DNA of 64,000 nucleotides from Ramazzottius varieornatus (GCA_001949185.1 BDGG01000012.1:47908-111907); one strand, 5' to 3'; positions 1-13,643 are shown, counted from the stretch's first letter. A program made the numbers and translations. The notes: generated from the sequence alone by a model not told the origin.

Positions 1-690
1 AATGAGAGCTTCCGTGCATAACGTAATTATAGCGTCGTGGTCCAGTGTGCGCATCCCCGAAGCATTCGGCGCCATGTCACTCAACACCACATCAACCGGC
101 CTGCCTTCCAGCATGTCCAGTATCTTCTTCTGTACTTTGGGGTTGGTGAAATCAGAATCCTTCAGGAAGATTGCACCGGGGTACGGTGTAATGTCGAGGA
201 GATCAACACCAATGACAATTCCACAAGAGGCCTTCTTCGTGTTTCCTTCCGGAACTTCTTCGTCCACATATTCGAATATTCCATTATCAGTTCTCTCGAC
301 TTTAACCATCAGCGCTTCTCTTGTGTCTTTAGTGATGTCCGGAGGGATGTAGGCATTGACTTTCTTGACGGCAACTTGCGACCATGAGCCAGGTGCAGCG
401 CCGAGATCGATTACCACATGGCCAGGTTGGAGTATCTTGTACTTCTCGTCGATCTCGAGCAGCTTGAAGGCGCTGCGTGCCCGATAGCTGACGGCCTTTG
501 CTTTCTTGACATAAGGATCTTTACTTTGTCGTAGGAGCCATTCGTGGGAGCTTTTGCTGCGAGAAGGGGCAAGGTTGAGCAACCGGAAGTGGCGATGCGA
601 AGCGATGCAGGCCGATTTGCAGTCAGCTGTTCTTGATTCGTGGAACGACCATAGTTCGACGACCGACAAAAGCCTAGAAGACAGTCGCAT
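1..690 (-). CDS. MRM2: Mitochondrial rRNA 2'-O-methyltransferase (FtsJ/RrmJ family); 3' end outside window
   Basis: Manual minus-strand translation from ATG 690: MRLSSRLLSV... (transit-peptide-like), WLLRQSKDPYVKKAK-YRARSAFKLLEID, VIDLGAAPGSWSQ (SAM motif), VVLSDMAPNASG. Not in the ORF track because the frame runs off the window. Confidence 0.93.
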   Translation of the reverse strand, partial: MRLSSRLLSVVELWSFHESRTADCKSACIASHRHFRLLNLAPSRSKSSHEWLLRQSKDPYVKKAKAVSYRARSAFKLLEIDEKYKILQPGHVVIDLGAAPGSWSQVAVKKVNAYIPPDITKDTREALMVKVERTDNGIFEYVDEEVPEGNTKKASCGIVIGVDLLDITPYPGAIFLKDSDFTNPKVQKKILDMLEGRPVDVVLSDMAPNASGMRTLDHDAIITLCTEALI

Positions 691-1128
691 AGCCACACCT
701 CGTCCTCCACAGTGTCCAGCGACAAACCTGCAAGATGAACGCAGGGCGAGACAGAGGAAAAGTTCCTTCGTTCGAGTTCCGTTCCTCGACCTAAATTGAA
801 CTCAGCAGTGTAAACAAATCAATAGTCCATCAATCAACTCATTTCGTCGTCCGGTTTTGGTTTATCCGTTTATCGGATTCGGTCCATCGGGCTCGGGCTG
901 CCTTCCGGCACCGGTCCCAGTGACCCAGTCAACCCACTGCGCCCGCGGAAATCAAAAATTACTGGCTGGACTTCGGAGCTCGGAGCTTCGGAGCACGAAG
1001 AAATGTTGTCAACTAGTTGTCTGATCTGTCTCTTCCAGGTTTTCTTTCTGCAGAAAGAATTCTCCCAGTCCTACAAGCTGCAGACAAGCTGTTCCTTGTG
1101 GACCGCTGTTTGTGTTCAATAGGTGAAG

Positions 1129-2069
1129 ATGGAGAGCGTCGTGGAAGACAACAGCGGCGGCGTGTTGAAGTGCGCCAAAGGCCACAGCCACTACAAAGTC
1201 CCGTGGACTATCTACGTTCTCGATCCAGAGCAGTCCAGCCAGACGAACACTTACCGCGATGCACTGTTTCCTCTCGATGTTTTCGATACAGTGGAGGAGG
1301 TGAGGGATCTGTACAGTCTCCAGCCGTTCGCAAAGCCGAACGGTCCACCTTCCTGGAGCCTAGTTGTTCCTCAAGGAACGATCGCTGGTAAGAAATTACC
1401 GCTCCCTAACAGAACTGTCCTTTTTTTCTGACCGTTTCTATTTTTCATCCAGTTTTCCAAGGAGGAAAGTTCGGATACCCCGCTGTAAAGCCTGATTGGG
1501 AAGATCCAGCCACATTGAATGGTACGGAAGAGACGACGAAAAATAATTGCACAAGAATTCTGAAATTCTGATTACAGGTGGCGATTGTATTCACAGGTGG
1601 CGAATTTCGTTTCCTTTTCGAAAAGTCAAACGGACTAGAAGTCATCGACAGTATTTTCCGCAACCTGGTTTCCTGGATGGCTGGGAGTTTTGACTACGGT
1701 GACATTCGCATCCTGGGTCTCTTTATCAAGAACGTCTCCAAGCCGAAGAAGCCTTCGAAGGAACTGCAGTGTCGCGTGTGGGTTTCAGCTTCCTGGAACC
1801 CGAACACCTTCAAAGGCATCTTGTGGAAAATCGGGAAAGATATGGCCCAGAAGATCGCAGATGCAGGAGGAAGAGGTCGAATCTTGTACAACTACCTGTC
1901 AGACATGCAGAACAAGGCGGAGAAGATTGAGACGGTTGAAGAGCCGCGTTTCCAGCTGAGAATCGACGTACCCTTCATCGACCCCAAGACTCAAGCAAAC
2001 AGCTGGCTTCCTGCTGGCAATGAATCTCATGGCTCTAATTCTCCTCGCGACTTAATCACTTCTCGTTAG
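1129..2069 (+). CDS. Highly divergent eIF4E-family cap-binding protein, 3 exons (1129-1387, 1453-1521, 1597-2069), ~266 aa
   Basis: Phase-consistent GT-AG introns. Motif order matches eIF4E: H..W..Y, Y at the W56 position, FDTVEE, KPDWED..NGG, RVWV (W166), IG. Confidence 0.75.
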
Positions 2070-2810
2070 TATCTGCCGTTTTCCATGGTATCTTCCCGTT
2101 GCGGAATATTTAAGTTTCGCTGGTCTAATTGGCCTGTTCATCTTGTGAACTGAGTCGCGGAAGACCATACACGGAAACCGCTGCCCTCACGAACAGTGAG
2201 AAGGCTAGGTCCTAAATCCTAATATGGAATTCGTGCCTTTGTTTGCTCAACTTTGAAAGCTTTCGCCATGCTGGTCACATCACTGTTATTTTCTTTCGCT
2301 GGATGTAATTCCCCACAAGCTGTGAATAAATGAAAGATTCTGGTAAAGAAAAGAGTGGCACCTCCGATGCCCCAGGATAATGAAAAAAAACCATCGTTCG
2401 CTGAACCGAGCGTTTCCGTTTAGGTACCAATCAAGTCTGTATCAATCAACGGCAACAGTAGACCATAGAATTCCGAACGAGGAAGCTTAAGTTGCCAGAA
2501 TCGTTTTTCGTTTTACGTTTTCAGAATTTAATCACTGGCTTTTCGCCATCATATATTCCAGCAGCAAAGTCCTTCGGCAAGGTCCTCGTTCAGCAAGAGA
2601 AAAAATCCGTAAAGGTGAATCTAGCGAGCAAACTAGTAAGGTACAGTACTGCAGTAACAGGACAAAAACAAGAACGAAGCCTCGAAACCTTAAAGTGGAC
2701 GATCTGGACAGATGCACTAGTTATCTACACAAAACAAGTTAAGAAAGGTTAACAACGGAGACAGTCCACAATAAAGTTTGAAGGATCGATAAATGCATCT
2801 ACAGAGAGCG

Positions 2811-4150
<1,340 letters not shown>

Positions 4151-7085
4151 CTTCCGGGAGGACCTAAGAGACGAACATCCATACACTAGTTCCTCTGGTT
4201 ACGATGCAGGACATTTGTTCTCGCCTTGTTGTCTCGGACTCAAAAAGCAAGATCGACGTCCAGAGATTCTTCTCCTCCCAAGCAATGTCCTTCTTCTCGT
4301 TTCACACAACTGGAACTGGCTCCGCCACAACCTCGATTCTCTGTTACACAATCAGGTTCAACAAGGAATCAGACAAAGAGAACACAGCGTGAAGAAAGTT
4401 GAGAACTCGTCAGTCTCGTCTAGAAGAGACTGCCAAACTGGTAGACAGAAGAAAATTCATCAGCTGATTCAGCCTCCGCTAGGCGCTAGCAGAGTGATGG
4501 CGCTAGCTAGTCCGCTTCATCTCTGCATTGCAGGCTTCTGGCGGCAAAACAACCCAAACCAATTAAATAAAGCTAACAAAGGATATGGTTGTGTCATCGC
4601 TGACTCAGTCACTCCCTCACAAGGTAACGGAGGTGAACCTTGGCGCCTGAACTTCTTCCAACTTTTTCTGTCGAAAGTACTCTGTCCTGACTGCTGTTTG
4701 ATGGTACTCTCAATTACCGCCGAGCGTCATCTGGGCCGATAGGAATTTAAGAGACGAGTGCGTTTCGTTAACAGGCGTTTCGGTTTGGGAAACGGTCGAG
4801 CGCATCAAAAAAACCGCAAAGTCTATCTCATAGCAGGCTGTACAGCACATACCTCAAATCTGGTTTCTGTGTTCTCGCACAGTTCGTAAACCCCGTAAAA
4901 TTTTGCCTTGACGACGAAGCACGGGTGGGTTAGGGCCAGCAAAGGTGGAAAAACGACCACCCTGAATGGCTCTGATATACAAGAGGTTGAAATTTCCACC
5001 CTTGGAGAACAAGGTGGGAACGGCAGGATGGAAAAGCGGGGAACAAGCGATAGGGTGGGATCACCGGTTCTCCGTGACATCAAACCCCGTGACCACAAGA
5101 ATCTAAAAGTTCGTGCTGTCTGTTTCAAGGGTTCTCAGTTAACCACCTCATTTGTACTCTATAGAATAGCATTCCCTCCCATCTCGGCCACACACCGTCA
5201 GCCAGTGCGATCGTGAAATGCCATGAAGAGCACTCTGTGACGTCGGTATATCGAAACTGACAGAAGACATCAGTTTGACGGTCTCAGTTACTGGAATTAC
5301 CTAGAGCGGTGCGGCAGTATACCACTCTAGGTTCAGAAACAATAAATCATTTTTGAATTTTCACTGCTCCGATTACGCAAGGACAGTAGCAGTAATTCGG
5401 TACTCTTGCTTCTGTTCAGAAGCCCATATCAGAAAAGGTTTATTGAAGGACGATGCGCAACGTAGCATACAAGTAGCTCTACGATCACCGCTTCATGACT
5501 CGAGATCCAAATCTTCCGGTCTTGACTGGAAATCCTCGTTTGTATGTAATCACGTGAACCGTCAGACCAGACTCAAACCGATGATTACCCATAATTGTGC
5601 CCCATTCTCGCTTTCCTGAGAAACTGAAACAAGCCGCTTGACTTTACTCGATCTGTAGCGGCGGCCATGGGGCCGGCAAATCGAGCACATAAGTTTCCAG
5701 GCTATCCCGAACTGGACTTAATAAAGATGACAGCTGTTTCCAGGAAACGACTGATAAAGGGGAACAGAAACGCATGAAGTCAGCCTCGTTCGCTGTCAAA
5801 GTACGGCCTGCCAAACCACACGCTCTTACTTAGATAGCTGACGGAACGCACGACCATGCCATTGTGCTCGTTGAACGAGTGCATACACCTCTCATCGAAT
5901 TTGACGTGCGCAAACTGAGCCGCACCCCCCCGTTTTGAAAAGTTTCCGAAAGTGTTTGCGAACTGCCTTTTCTTGTAGCTATAATCGCTGTTTGGATTTT
6001 CGCTTTATTTTTATGAACGCGTCAAAAACTGAGGCTTATCAAGAAGAGAAAAGTCAAGTAGGAATGTACTTCCTGCATTTGCTTCAGAGGTCAACAGCGC
6101 TATGGCTATGTGCTTTTGGGGCATTTAATTACCCGCATCAAGAAGAAAAGCAACCAGTCGGTCAACTGTAGGGGAAAGTTTGATATGGGCTATATCGTTT
6201 CCCACCCTGGACTGGCTTGCTAGCCTATCCTTGCGACGAAGCGGACGGATGTGATGACTGCGCTCCGTCGCTAAACTTTATTATTTGTTCTTGGTGTCGG
6301 AAGAAGTGATGTTTTCAGTGCTCTTTTGTTGCCTGTCACAACTGCAATAATTATGTTGACTAATCCCTTACGTTTTCTGCATGATATGGGCTGTGGGCAA
6401 GGTTCCTCAGAAGTCTGGGGTCATAGCGTAGAGGCACAGCTGATGAAAGTTGAGAAGGGATTTTCGCTTTATTGAGAAGGGCAAGGGAGGACTTCAGGTT
6501 TTTCTTGAAATTTCTTGGCCTCCACATGGCAGGCCCCAGCCCCTACCCTTGAGCTACCATGGCCCTTCTCTAAATTTCATCGATTATGTCTCTGCGCCGT
6601 GACCCCAAACTTCTGAGGAGCTCTGCCCAGAGCCCATATTTAGTGCGCGCTTTGCATTTAGCTGCGCAGTTGAACTGTAAATTCGCATACCCAGTGCGCC
6701 ACTTTAAGTGGTAAACTTTCTCCGTACGAAAGGGTCTTCGTCTTAAGTTCCTCCCGGCCCAGATGATGCTCGGTGGCAATTGAGAGTAATATCAAACAGA
6801 AGTCAGGACCGAGTACTGTCGACAGAAAAAGTTGGAAGAAGTTTAGGCGTCGAGGTTAACCTCCGTTCCCTTGTCAGTACCGACGTACGAGTGATCACTG
6901 AACGGAGTGACAGCTCGAACCAGCGTGACGTCAGGAATGCGAGCACGTCACGAGCTAGCACGACTACTTTTCGCATAGTCTATTTCCGGTTCCCGTTTCC
7001 GGGAAGGATTGCTTCATGTTCTGCACTGAATCTTCCCACGCCATGCTGACAGTGTAAGCTAGTGAGTCCGCTTCCTGGTAAGAAG

Positions 7086-9078
7086 ATGTCGGCATCAGGT
7101 GAATGCCTGATCATAGGCGGTGGAATCGCTGGAGTTTCCTGTGCAGAAACAGTGAGCTGATCTTCGTAAGACGTGGTTTGTGCAAGAGAAGAGCGTACCT
7201 TCGTCTTTTTTTCAGTTATCTATACTCCAGCCGTCGCTCAGGACGGTTCTGATCTCCGCGTCGTCGCTTGTGAAGGTGGCAACCGGAGTGCGACAGGTAA
7301 TCAATTATCCATAGGGAATCACGAAACGCTTTGTGTCATGGATTTGCACGCTACTTAACCTACTTTCTCCCTTCAGCTGACAAAGACACTCGATGAATTC
7401 GATGTCGAAGAACGTCCATTCGACTGGGTTGAGAGCAGGAATGCTAATTTATCTGTGGTTTGGGGAGAAGTTGCGTCCTTGAACCCAGAGGAACATGTGG
7501 GTAAATTCATACGTACGGTGTTGGATGATTTATTCATGACGTCACCGTGTACATTTCGTGCAAGTTCGCTGACGTCAGGCGTAGAAATCGTCGTGACTTT
7601 TTTTGATTTCCTCCTTTGCAGTGGTTCTTAGAGATGGGAGACGGTTCACCTACAAATTACTGTGCATTTGCTCCGGCGGAAAGCCTAAGGTATTCTTTCC
7701 TTACTTATGCGCAACATCTGCGGTCGTACATTTCCCGAGCTCTTCTCTAGTTGATTGCTAATGATCATCCATCTGTGATTGGTATCCGAGACACTGAAAG
7801 TGTAAAGGTAGGAAACTTTCAGCTGAGCATAAGCATTCATATTCTTTAAGCCCAAACGCTTCACGTCCTCAGGAGTTCATCAGCAAGCTTGGCGATGCTC
7901 GGCGCGTCATGATCGTCGGCAACGGTGGGATCGCTACAGAGATGGCGTCCGAGCTGAAAGACGTGGAATTGATTTGGGTCGTGAAGGATGATTCAGTCAG
8001 CGCCACGTTCGTCGATGCTGGCGCTGCTCAGTTCTTCCTCAGCTCACGGCGTACAAGAAAGGAGAACAATTCAGACCATTCGAACACAAACGATGATAAG
8101 CCTAAAGTTTCCAAAAGACTGAAATACACCGAGGTACATCCATGCAGATCCATGACGACACACGGTAGTGCATTGGGTCCTGACTGGGCAGCCGACATTC
8201 TCATGAAGGGCAAGTCAAACGGGAAATATGACTTGAACATTCAGTACTCTTGTGAGGTACAAGCTCTCATGACCCATGAAGAGTATCTCTCCAGCGGGGA
8301 TAAGTCAGCTGATGAAGACGGAACGAAGGAGGTGAGATGGCCGGTGTATGCGAAGTTGACCAACGGGAAGACTTTCGGTTGTGATTTCGTGGTTAGCGCA
8401 ACGGGTGTCACCCCGAATCTCGACTTCGCAAGAAGTGTTCTTCCGGTGGATGGGATAGCCGTGGATGGTGGGATGAAAGTAGACGAGAGAATGGAAACGT
8501 GTCTGAGGGATGTCTTCGCAGCAGGGGATGTGTGTACGACCATGTGGGAACCCGCACCCCATTGGATGCAGGTGCTTGTCTCCCTCTGTAAAGTTCCGAA
8601 GGTTACTTCGATTACCTGTAATTTGGTTTTGCAGATGCGACTGTGGTCACAGGCAAGACAGATGGGCTCTTATGCTGCAAAGTGCATGGTGGCTAAATGG
8701 AACAACGAGGAAATAACGTTGGACTTCGGTTTCGAGATGTTCTCACATGCTACGCGGTTCTTTGGCTTCAAGGTAGTTTTGCGGGTATGGTGAAAAGTCT
8801 CTCGATCGTTCAGTGTTTTTCTTTCCTAGGTTATACTGCTGGGCTTGTTCAACGGTCAGCGGTTGGGGAAGGAGTACGAGATCCTTCTACGGATGAACAA
8901 AGGCGAAGAGTACATCAAAGCCATCGTCAAAGATGGACGTTTACAAGGTGCGATCTTGATCGGCGAAACTGATCTCGAAGAAACATTCGAAAATTTGATT
9001 TTAAATAGGATAGATATCAGCCGGTTTGGCGAAGATTTACTGAATCCAGATGTTGATATTGAAGATTATTTTGATTAG
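7086..9078 (+). CDS. PYROXD1: Pyridine nucleotide-disulfide oxidoreductase domain-containing protein 1, 8 exons
   Basis: [67 protein letters not shown] and the conserved C-terminus [11 protein letters not shown]; all introns GT-AG. Confidence 0.96.
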
Positions 9079-9135
9079 CGTATGTTGTATACAGAAACTA
9101 GTAACAAGCTTTTATACTAAAACTCACTGCCGATC

Positions 9136-10985
9136 CTAAACAAACACTGAATTTTGGGTGAGGTCCGCAATCCTTGCCAGTAGCTTATTCCTATCGGCTG
9201 GGCTGGAAGTGAATAGAGTCAGCCGTGCTATGTCTTGGTTCACGACTAGACGGTGAGACGACATCTTTTTGCATTTCCATGGGCGGTGGGAAGGGGGAAT
9301 TTCTACGGTGGCTTCCGACAGTGGAATGCGGATGGACGGCTACAAACAACCAATCTGTGAGTTCCTCCCGCGTCGATGGTGCGGACCAAGTACTTTTCTA
9401 AACTTATATAAGGTGCTTGCTAGTCTTACCAAGTTTGTTTGCTTGTAGACGATCTTCAGAATAGGTCCGGGAATCAGTTGAAGAGTCACAGGGCGTTTCC
9501 TGCGTGGCGGCAAGCAGCTGACCACGGACCAGGAGTCCATAATCTCGAGGGAAGCGTCCAGGGGTAACAAAACCAGACTCGGTACTCCGACTATCAGTCA
9601 GCAATATTTTTCGAGGTACGAGTACGTTAACTTTTGTGGCTTGAACTACGAAATACCTATGGGAGTGACGGAGGCGAATCCTTCCCTTTCTTTCAGAATT
9701 CTCGCCACCTGATCAGTTAAGAAGCATTATAGCGGAAGCTAACGCCGTTAATCCGGAGAGAGCGAACAAGTAAGCCTTACCTCTTCCGCTTCCCGATGTA
9801 ACCGAAGTTCGGACTTAGACAGGGGAGGTACTTCAATGGCAGGTTCCACGGTGGCCGGTGGGAGTATCGGCAGTGGGAGGGGTGGCGGTGACGAGAATGC
9901 GGGTACGCTAAGGTAGGATAACTCGGTCCTGTGCCATACATCTTCGTCCAAGTCCGTAGCACTTCCCTCTTCCCATGGTTCAGGCGGCCCTCTCCCTGTG
10001 TCAACCCACTCTTGAGAATGCAGGGGATAGCGCATACGCAGGCCTCCGCTTTCTACAGCCGTGCTTTCCCAGGGTAGTTCAGGCAAAGGTTCGGGATCCT
10101 AAAAAAAATACCTCCTTGAACTGATAAAGGGTTTTGTCGGATGGTCGACATAAGTTTTGTTTCATGGAGAACTAGAATCTGAGCACTAGGAGATCGGGAA
10201 ACGAAAGTACGAAACGTACAAGAATGTTATCACAAGTGACGCATGTTTCCGTTGTTATCGTTCAGCGGCGTGCGTCACTTGGGACGACGATCTTGTACGT
10301 TTCGTTGTGCCGGTCATTGAATTATTTCAATATCGCTTCAAAATCAAAACCCTAAAGTAGTACTGTAACCTTATCTGTGTAACCTTTGGTTCTGTCCGTA
10401 GTTCAGCCAGCGTGTCATATCTTTCGTTGTTCTCGTTCCCCGTGGCATATTTTGCTGATCGTTGGAGGAGGCTGAGCATAATGCTAGGTCGTTCAGGCTT
10501 CACGACGAAGTCCACGTCAGTCATTTCGGAAACCATATCCAGACCGACATGGCGACTGATGGATTCTGAGATACAATCCAGTTCTGCTGTAATGGCGTCG
10601 TTCAACATGCTAGTTTGTCTTCCTGCCAGTATGGGTGCAGACAGGTCCAAGGCGGACCGGGAAGTGCCATATGGCACTTCCGATGCTTCAAACTGGGCTG
10701 GGTCTTCACTGGAAACACGCACGCCGTGTGCTCTTAACCTCCATCCCGGGTCATCATCGAAATCGTCCAACAACGCTATCGCATGTTCTAAACAATGTAA
10801 TCGATGCCTGATGATCGGTCATAAAAAATAATTTGGATTGTACGAAATATTGCTGGCGTATGTTCACCTGGGTCGTGAACGGACATGTTTTTTAAGCTGC
10901 TTCCCTCTTCCCAGAATTTATTCCCAGCATTATCCAGGGCACCTAACGAAGACTTTTCTTGTACAGCTTCCACCATTTGTTCCAT
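9136..10985 (-). CDS. Uncharacterised 6-exon protein (~420 aa), acidic/Pro-rich, with a possible C-terminal PH-like domain
   Basis: Five phase-consistent GT-AG introns join ORF-track pieces 10788-10985, 10327-10773 and 9748-10086, a small exon near 9660-9710, 9340-9570, and a last exon ending RLTLFTSSPADRNKLLARIADLTQNSVFV*. Confidence 0.7.
10209..10305. repeat. AAGTGGCGCAC-N25 palindromic element (compensatory variant), intron of the orphan gene
   Basis: aagtgAcgcat 10234-10244 / gtgcgTcactt 10270-10280, 25-nt spacer; outer arms acgaaacgtacaaga/tcttgtacgtttcgt. Confidence 0.9.
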
Positions 10986-11647
10986 AAAACTGTCGGCACA
11001 CAGCAGATTCGGATTTTAGTATAGGAGATCTCTACTACCACGTGTGGTGAACCCGAGCCTCGCTCGAGGGCGCGCTACTCACAGTCTATGGCAACAGCTA
11101 TCTTGTCGAACACGATGTGCTTTTCTTTCAAGCAAACCATGTGAACGGAGGACAAGTTCTGCTGGCACAACGGGAAAATTCGAAGGAAGGACCGGAAGTG
11201 CCAGTCTTCGAAGAACCTGCGGACAGCGCCATCTGGGCTGCGTCTCCCATCACAAGGATGGACAGTCCTGTGGCCTAATGGTACGCACTATCAATCAAAA
11301 GCACACCTGTTGATTGGGTTGATTCGTTTGCAGGAAACTTCAAAAGAGAACTGGTTTCAGTGGTGAGTGGTTTGTGAAATTGGCCATGCTTAAAAGATTA
11401 GTCAGTCATGTTTGCATTCCTCCGCGTCTGACTTTACAGCCTCCTTTACGACCGAGCTCTTTATGTCAGGACGACATTTACGAGAGAGAAGCGCTGGCCG
11501 TCAGGCTTGAGTGACAAACTGCTCCGCTTCACACTGCGCGCCGCTGTGCTTGACATTGGATCTAAGTAGTGCGAGTAAGTCTTCTCATTCTTCGTCATCT
11601 TTCCTCGTCTTACCTTGATCTTTTATTTGATGCATTTGTTAGGCAAG

Positions 11648-12271
11648 ATGGTAGCACAGCAGTCCTTCACAGAACAGCAGATCGCCGACTTCCAGGAAGC
11701 TTTCTCTTTGTTTGATAACAAAGGAGATGGACGGATCTTTGCTTCGCAGCTGGGAGAAGTGCTGCGCGCTTTAGGACAGAATCCCACCGAATCTGAAGTC
11801 AAGAAGTACCAGGCTCAGTACAAGTCCGACCAGAGGATTAGCTTCGATGTATTTCTCCCGATTTTTCACGAGATATCGAGGCTGAAGGAGCCGTATTCCC
11901 ACGACGGTTTCGTTGAAGGTAAGTGCATATTTGTGTTGTTATTGTTTTGATTGAGATTCGCAGCCACGTTACTGCTGAAGTTGTTGTTGGTTATTGCTAC
12001 AACAAATCAATCAGATCGAAATTGAGTGGACAAAAGTTGCTCGTTCGTTGTTGATCGAGCTGACTGGTTGATTGTTGATTAATACACAGGTCTGCGTCAC
12101 TTCGACACGGAAGGGAATGGCATGGTCAAAACCTCGGATCTTCGACACCTTCTGACGACTCTGGGTGATAAGCTGTCCGAGGATGAGTTCAAAGACTTGA
12201 TTGCTGGGCAGGAGGACAGTAATGGATGCATAAATTACGAAGAGTTCATAAGGAACCTTATGAATTCTTGA
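11648..12271 (+). CDS. Mlc-c: Myosin essential (alkali) light chain, non-muscle type, 2 coding exons (11648-11918, 12090-12271)
   Basis: [64 protein letters not shown]. Confidence 0.93.
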
Positions 12272-12740
12272 GGTGCTACAGCCTACAGTATAAGCAACTC
12301 GACGGACGAACCCTCTGCTTCCACAATCTACATACTTTACTTCCTGATCGCAGCTTCTGTTGTCACCATTCCTTTGAATCTTTTTCCTCTCGTTTCTTCC
12401 TTCTCTGAGCTACTTTGATGTATCTTTGTCCGTTCATTTGTCCCTGTATCCTGAATAATCGTTCCTGTTTTCGAAATTTCTTTTATTATTATGCGAACAC
12501 GCCGCACAAATTGTCGAGTGCTGTTCCCTCTTAGATGTGCCTTTAGTAGACAGAATGTGTGCAGTGACCTCGACGGACGTCTCACGCGCCGTGAGAGTAC
12601 AGTACGAAATCCAGAAACATCCTGTTCGATTTAATGTGTCGCGAGTTTCGTGAAGAGCGATAGACGAACAATAGAGCATACGAATAACCCAAAATTCGAA
12701 CTATCAAGGCGGATCATTGAGTGTCTTGTCTTTTTCGGTA

Positions 12741-13058
12741 CGAGGTAAAGGTTGTAAACTTAGCCACCCCATACTGGGTTTGTAAAGTTAGCCACGGCTG
12801 TGGCGCCTATTGCTTGATTGACTATTTGATTGTCAGTCTTGGCTGTTTAACATAAGATTTCAACGTTCTTTTAATTGCGGATCTCTTGGATTCTCTGGCT
12901 TCTCGTGTTGACTGTGCCTATTACCATTCGACAGCTCATTATTTTATCTTTCGATCTATCCTTAAAAGTTTGGGATTGAGTAGTAGAGAACAGGCGAACT
13001 TAGACGGCTAACTTTACAAACCCGGTATGGGGCGGCTAACTTCACAACCTTTCCCTCG
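12741..13058. mobile_element. Tc1/mariner-type MITE (~318 bp)
   Basis: ~55-bp imperfect TIRs (cgaggtaaaggttgtaaacttagccaccccatactgggtttgtaaagttagcc and its reverse complement ending 13058), flanked by TA at 12739-12740 and 13059-13060; no coding capacity. Confidence 0.88.
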
Positions 13059-13151
13059 TAGTAGTAGACTGCGCTTTTCTGACCGGTCTGACATTCTCTC
13101 ATTAGTGGCGATCTCTACTTGCTCGCAACCATGCCGGGATTAGCGGATGTC

Positions 13152-13604
13152 CTAGTCGGCAGCGTTCTCTTTCTGTTGGTCATGTTGGCGAAGATGTACT
13201 ATCGCCATTGTCAGAGGGAACTTCGCTCTCAAAGGGACAGATTGAGTAAAGAGTGCGACCGTATGGATGAGCTGTTGAACAAGCCTAGCTAGGTCTTCAC
13301 GGAGGACCAGCTTCTGGATTTTCAGAACACATTCTCGAGGTTCGCCACCAGCAGCCGGGGTTTTTACTTCATCAAAAAAGACCAGCTTGCTGAGATACTT
13401 CGGATCTTTGGAGTGAACGCCGATACACTGCGTGCCACGAACTTGAACCGATACATGGAAAAGTTGAACTGCCGAAACGATGTGTCCTTTGAAGAGTTTA
13501 TAGCAATTTTCTGTGACATTTATCTTGCACGTAGTCAGCCTTATTCTCACGAGGCAGTTTTGAAAGCCGTCGGGAAGTTTAAGCACTGGTAAGGTTGCCG
13601 CCAT
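13152..13604 (-). CDS. 150-aa single-coding-exon protein, possibly Rpp14/Pop5 (RNase P/MRP subunit) family
   Basis: ATG is preceded by an in-frame TGA and by a splice acceptor (tttatttgcccag, 13621). The pattern LVRIRL..FKGHIVSAVQLF..LVFFDE..CVLKI resembles Rpp14 from memory; family call is tentative. Confidence 0.5.
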   Translation of the reverse strand: MAATLPVLKLPDGFQNCLVRIRLTTCKINVTENCYKLFKGHIVSAVQLFHVSVQVRGTQCIGVHSKDPKYLSKLVFFDEVKTPAAGGEPRECVLKIQKLVLREDLARLVQQLIHTVALFTQSVPLRAKFPLTMAIVHLRQHDQQKENAAD

Positions 13605-13643
13605 TCACCACAGTTGGGAGCTGGGCAAATAAAACAAAATGTA

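Noticed and set aside
4750-6900. 2-kb intergenic stretch checked for snRNA, SRP, RNase P/MRP or coding exons
   Set aside because: No diagnostic motifs recognised by eye; only a half palindrome site near 6694. An Rfam scan would be needed.
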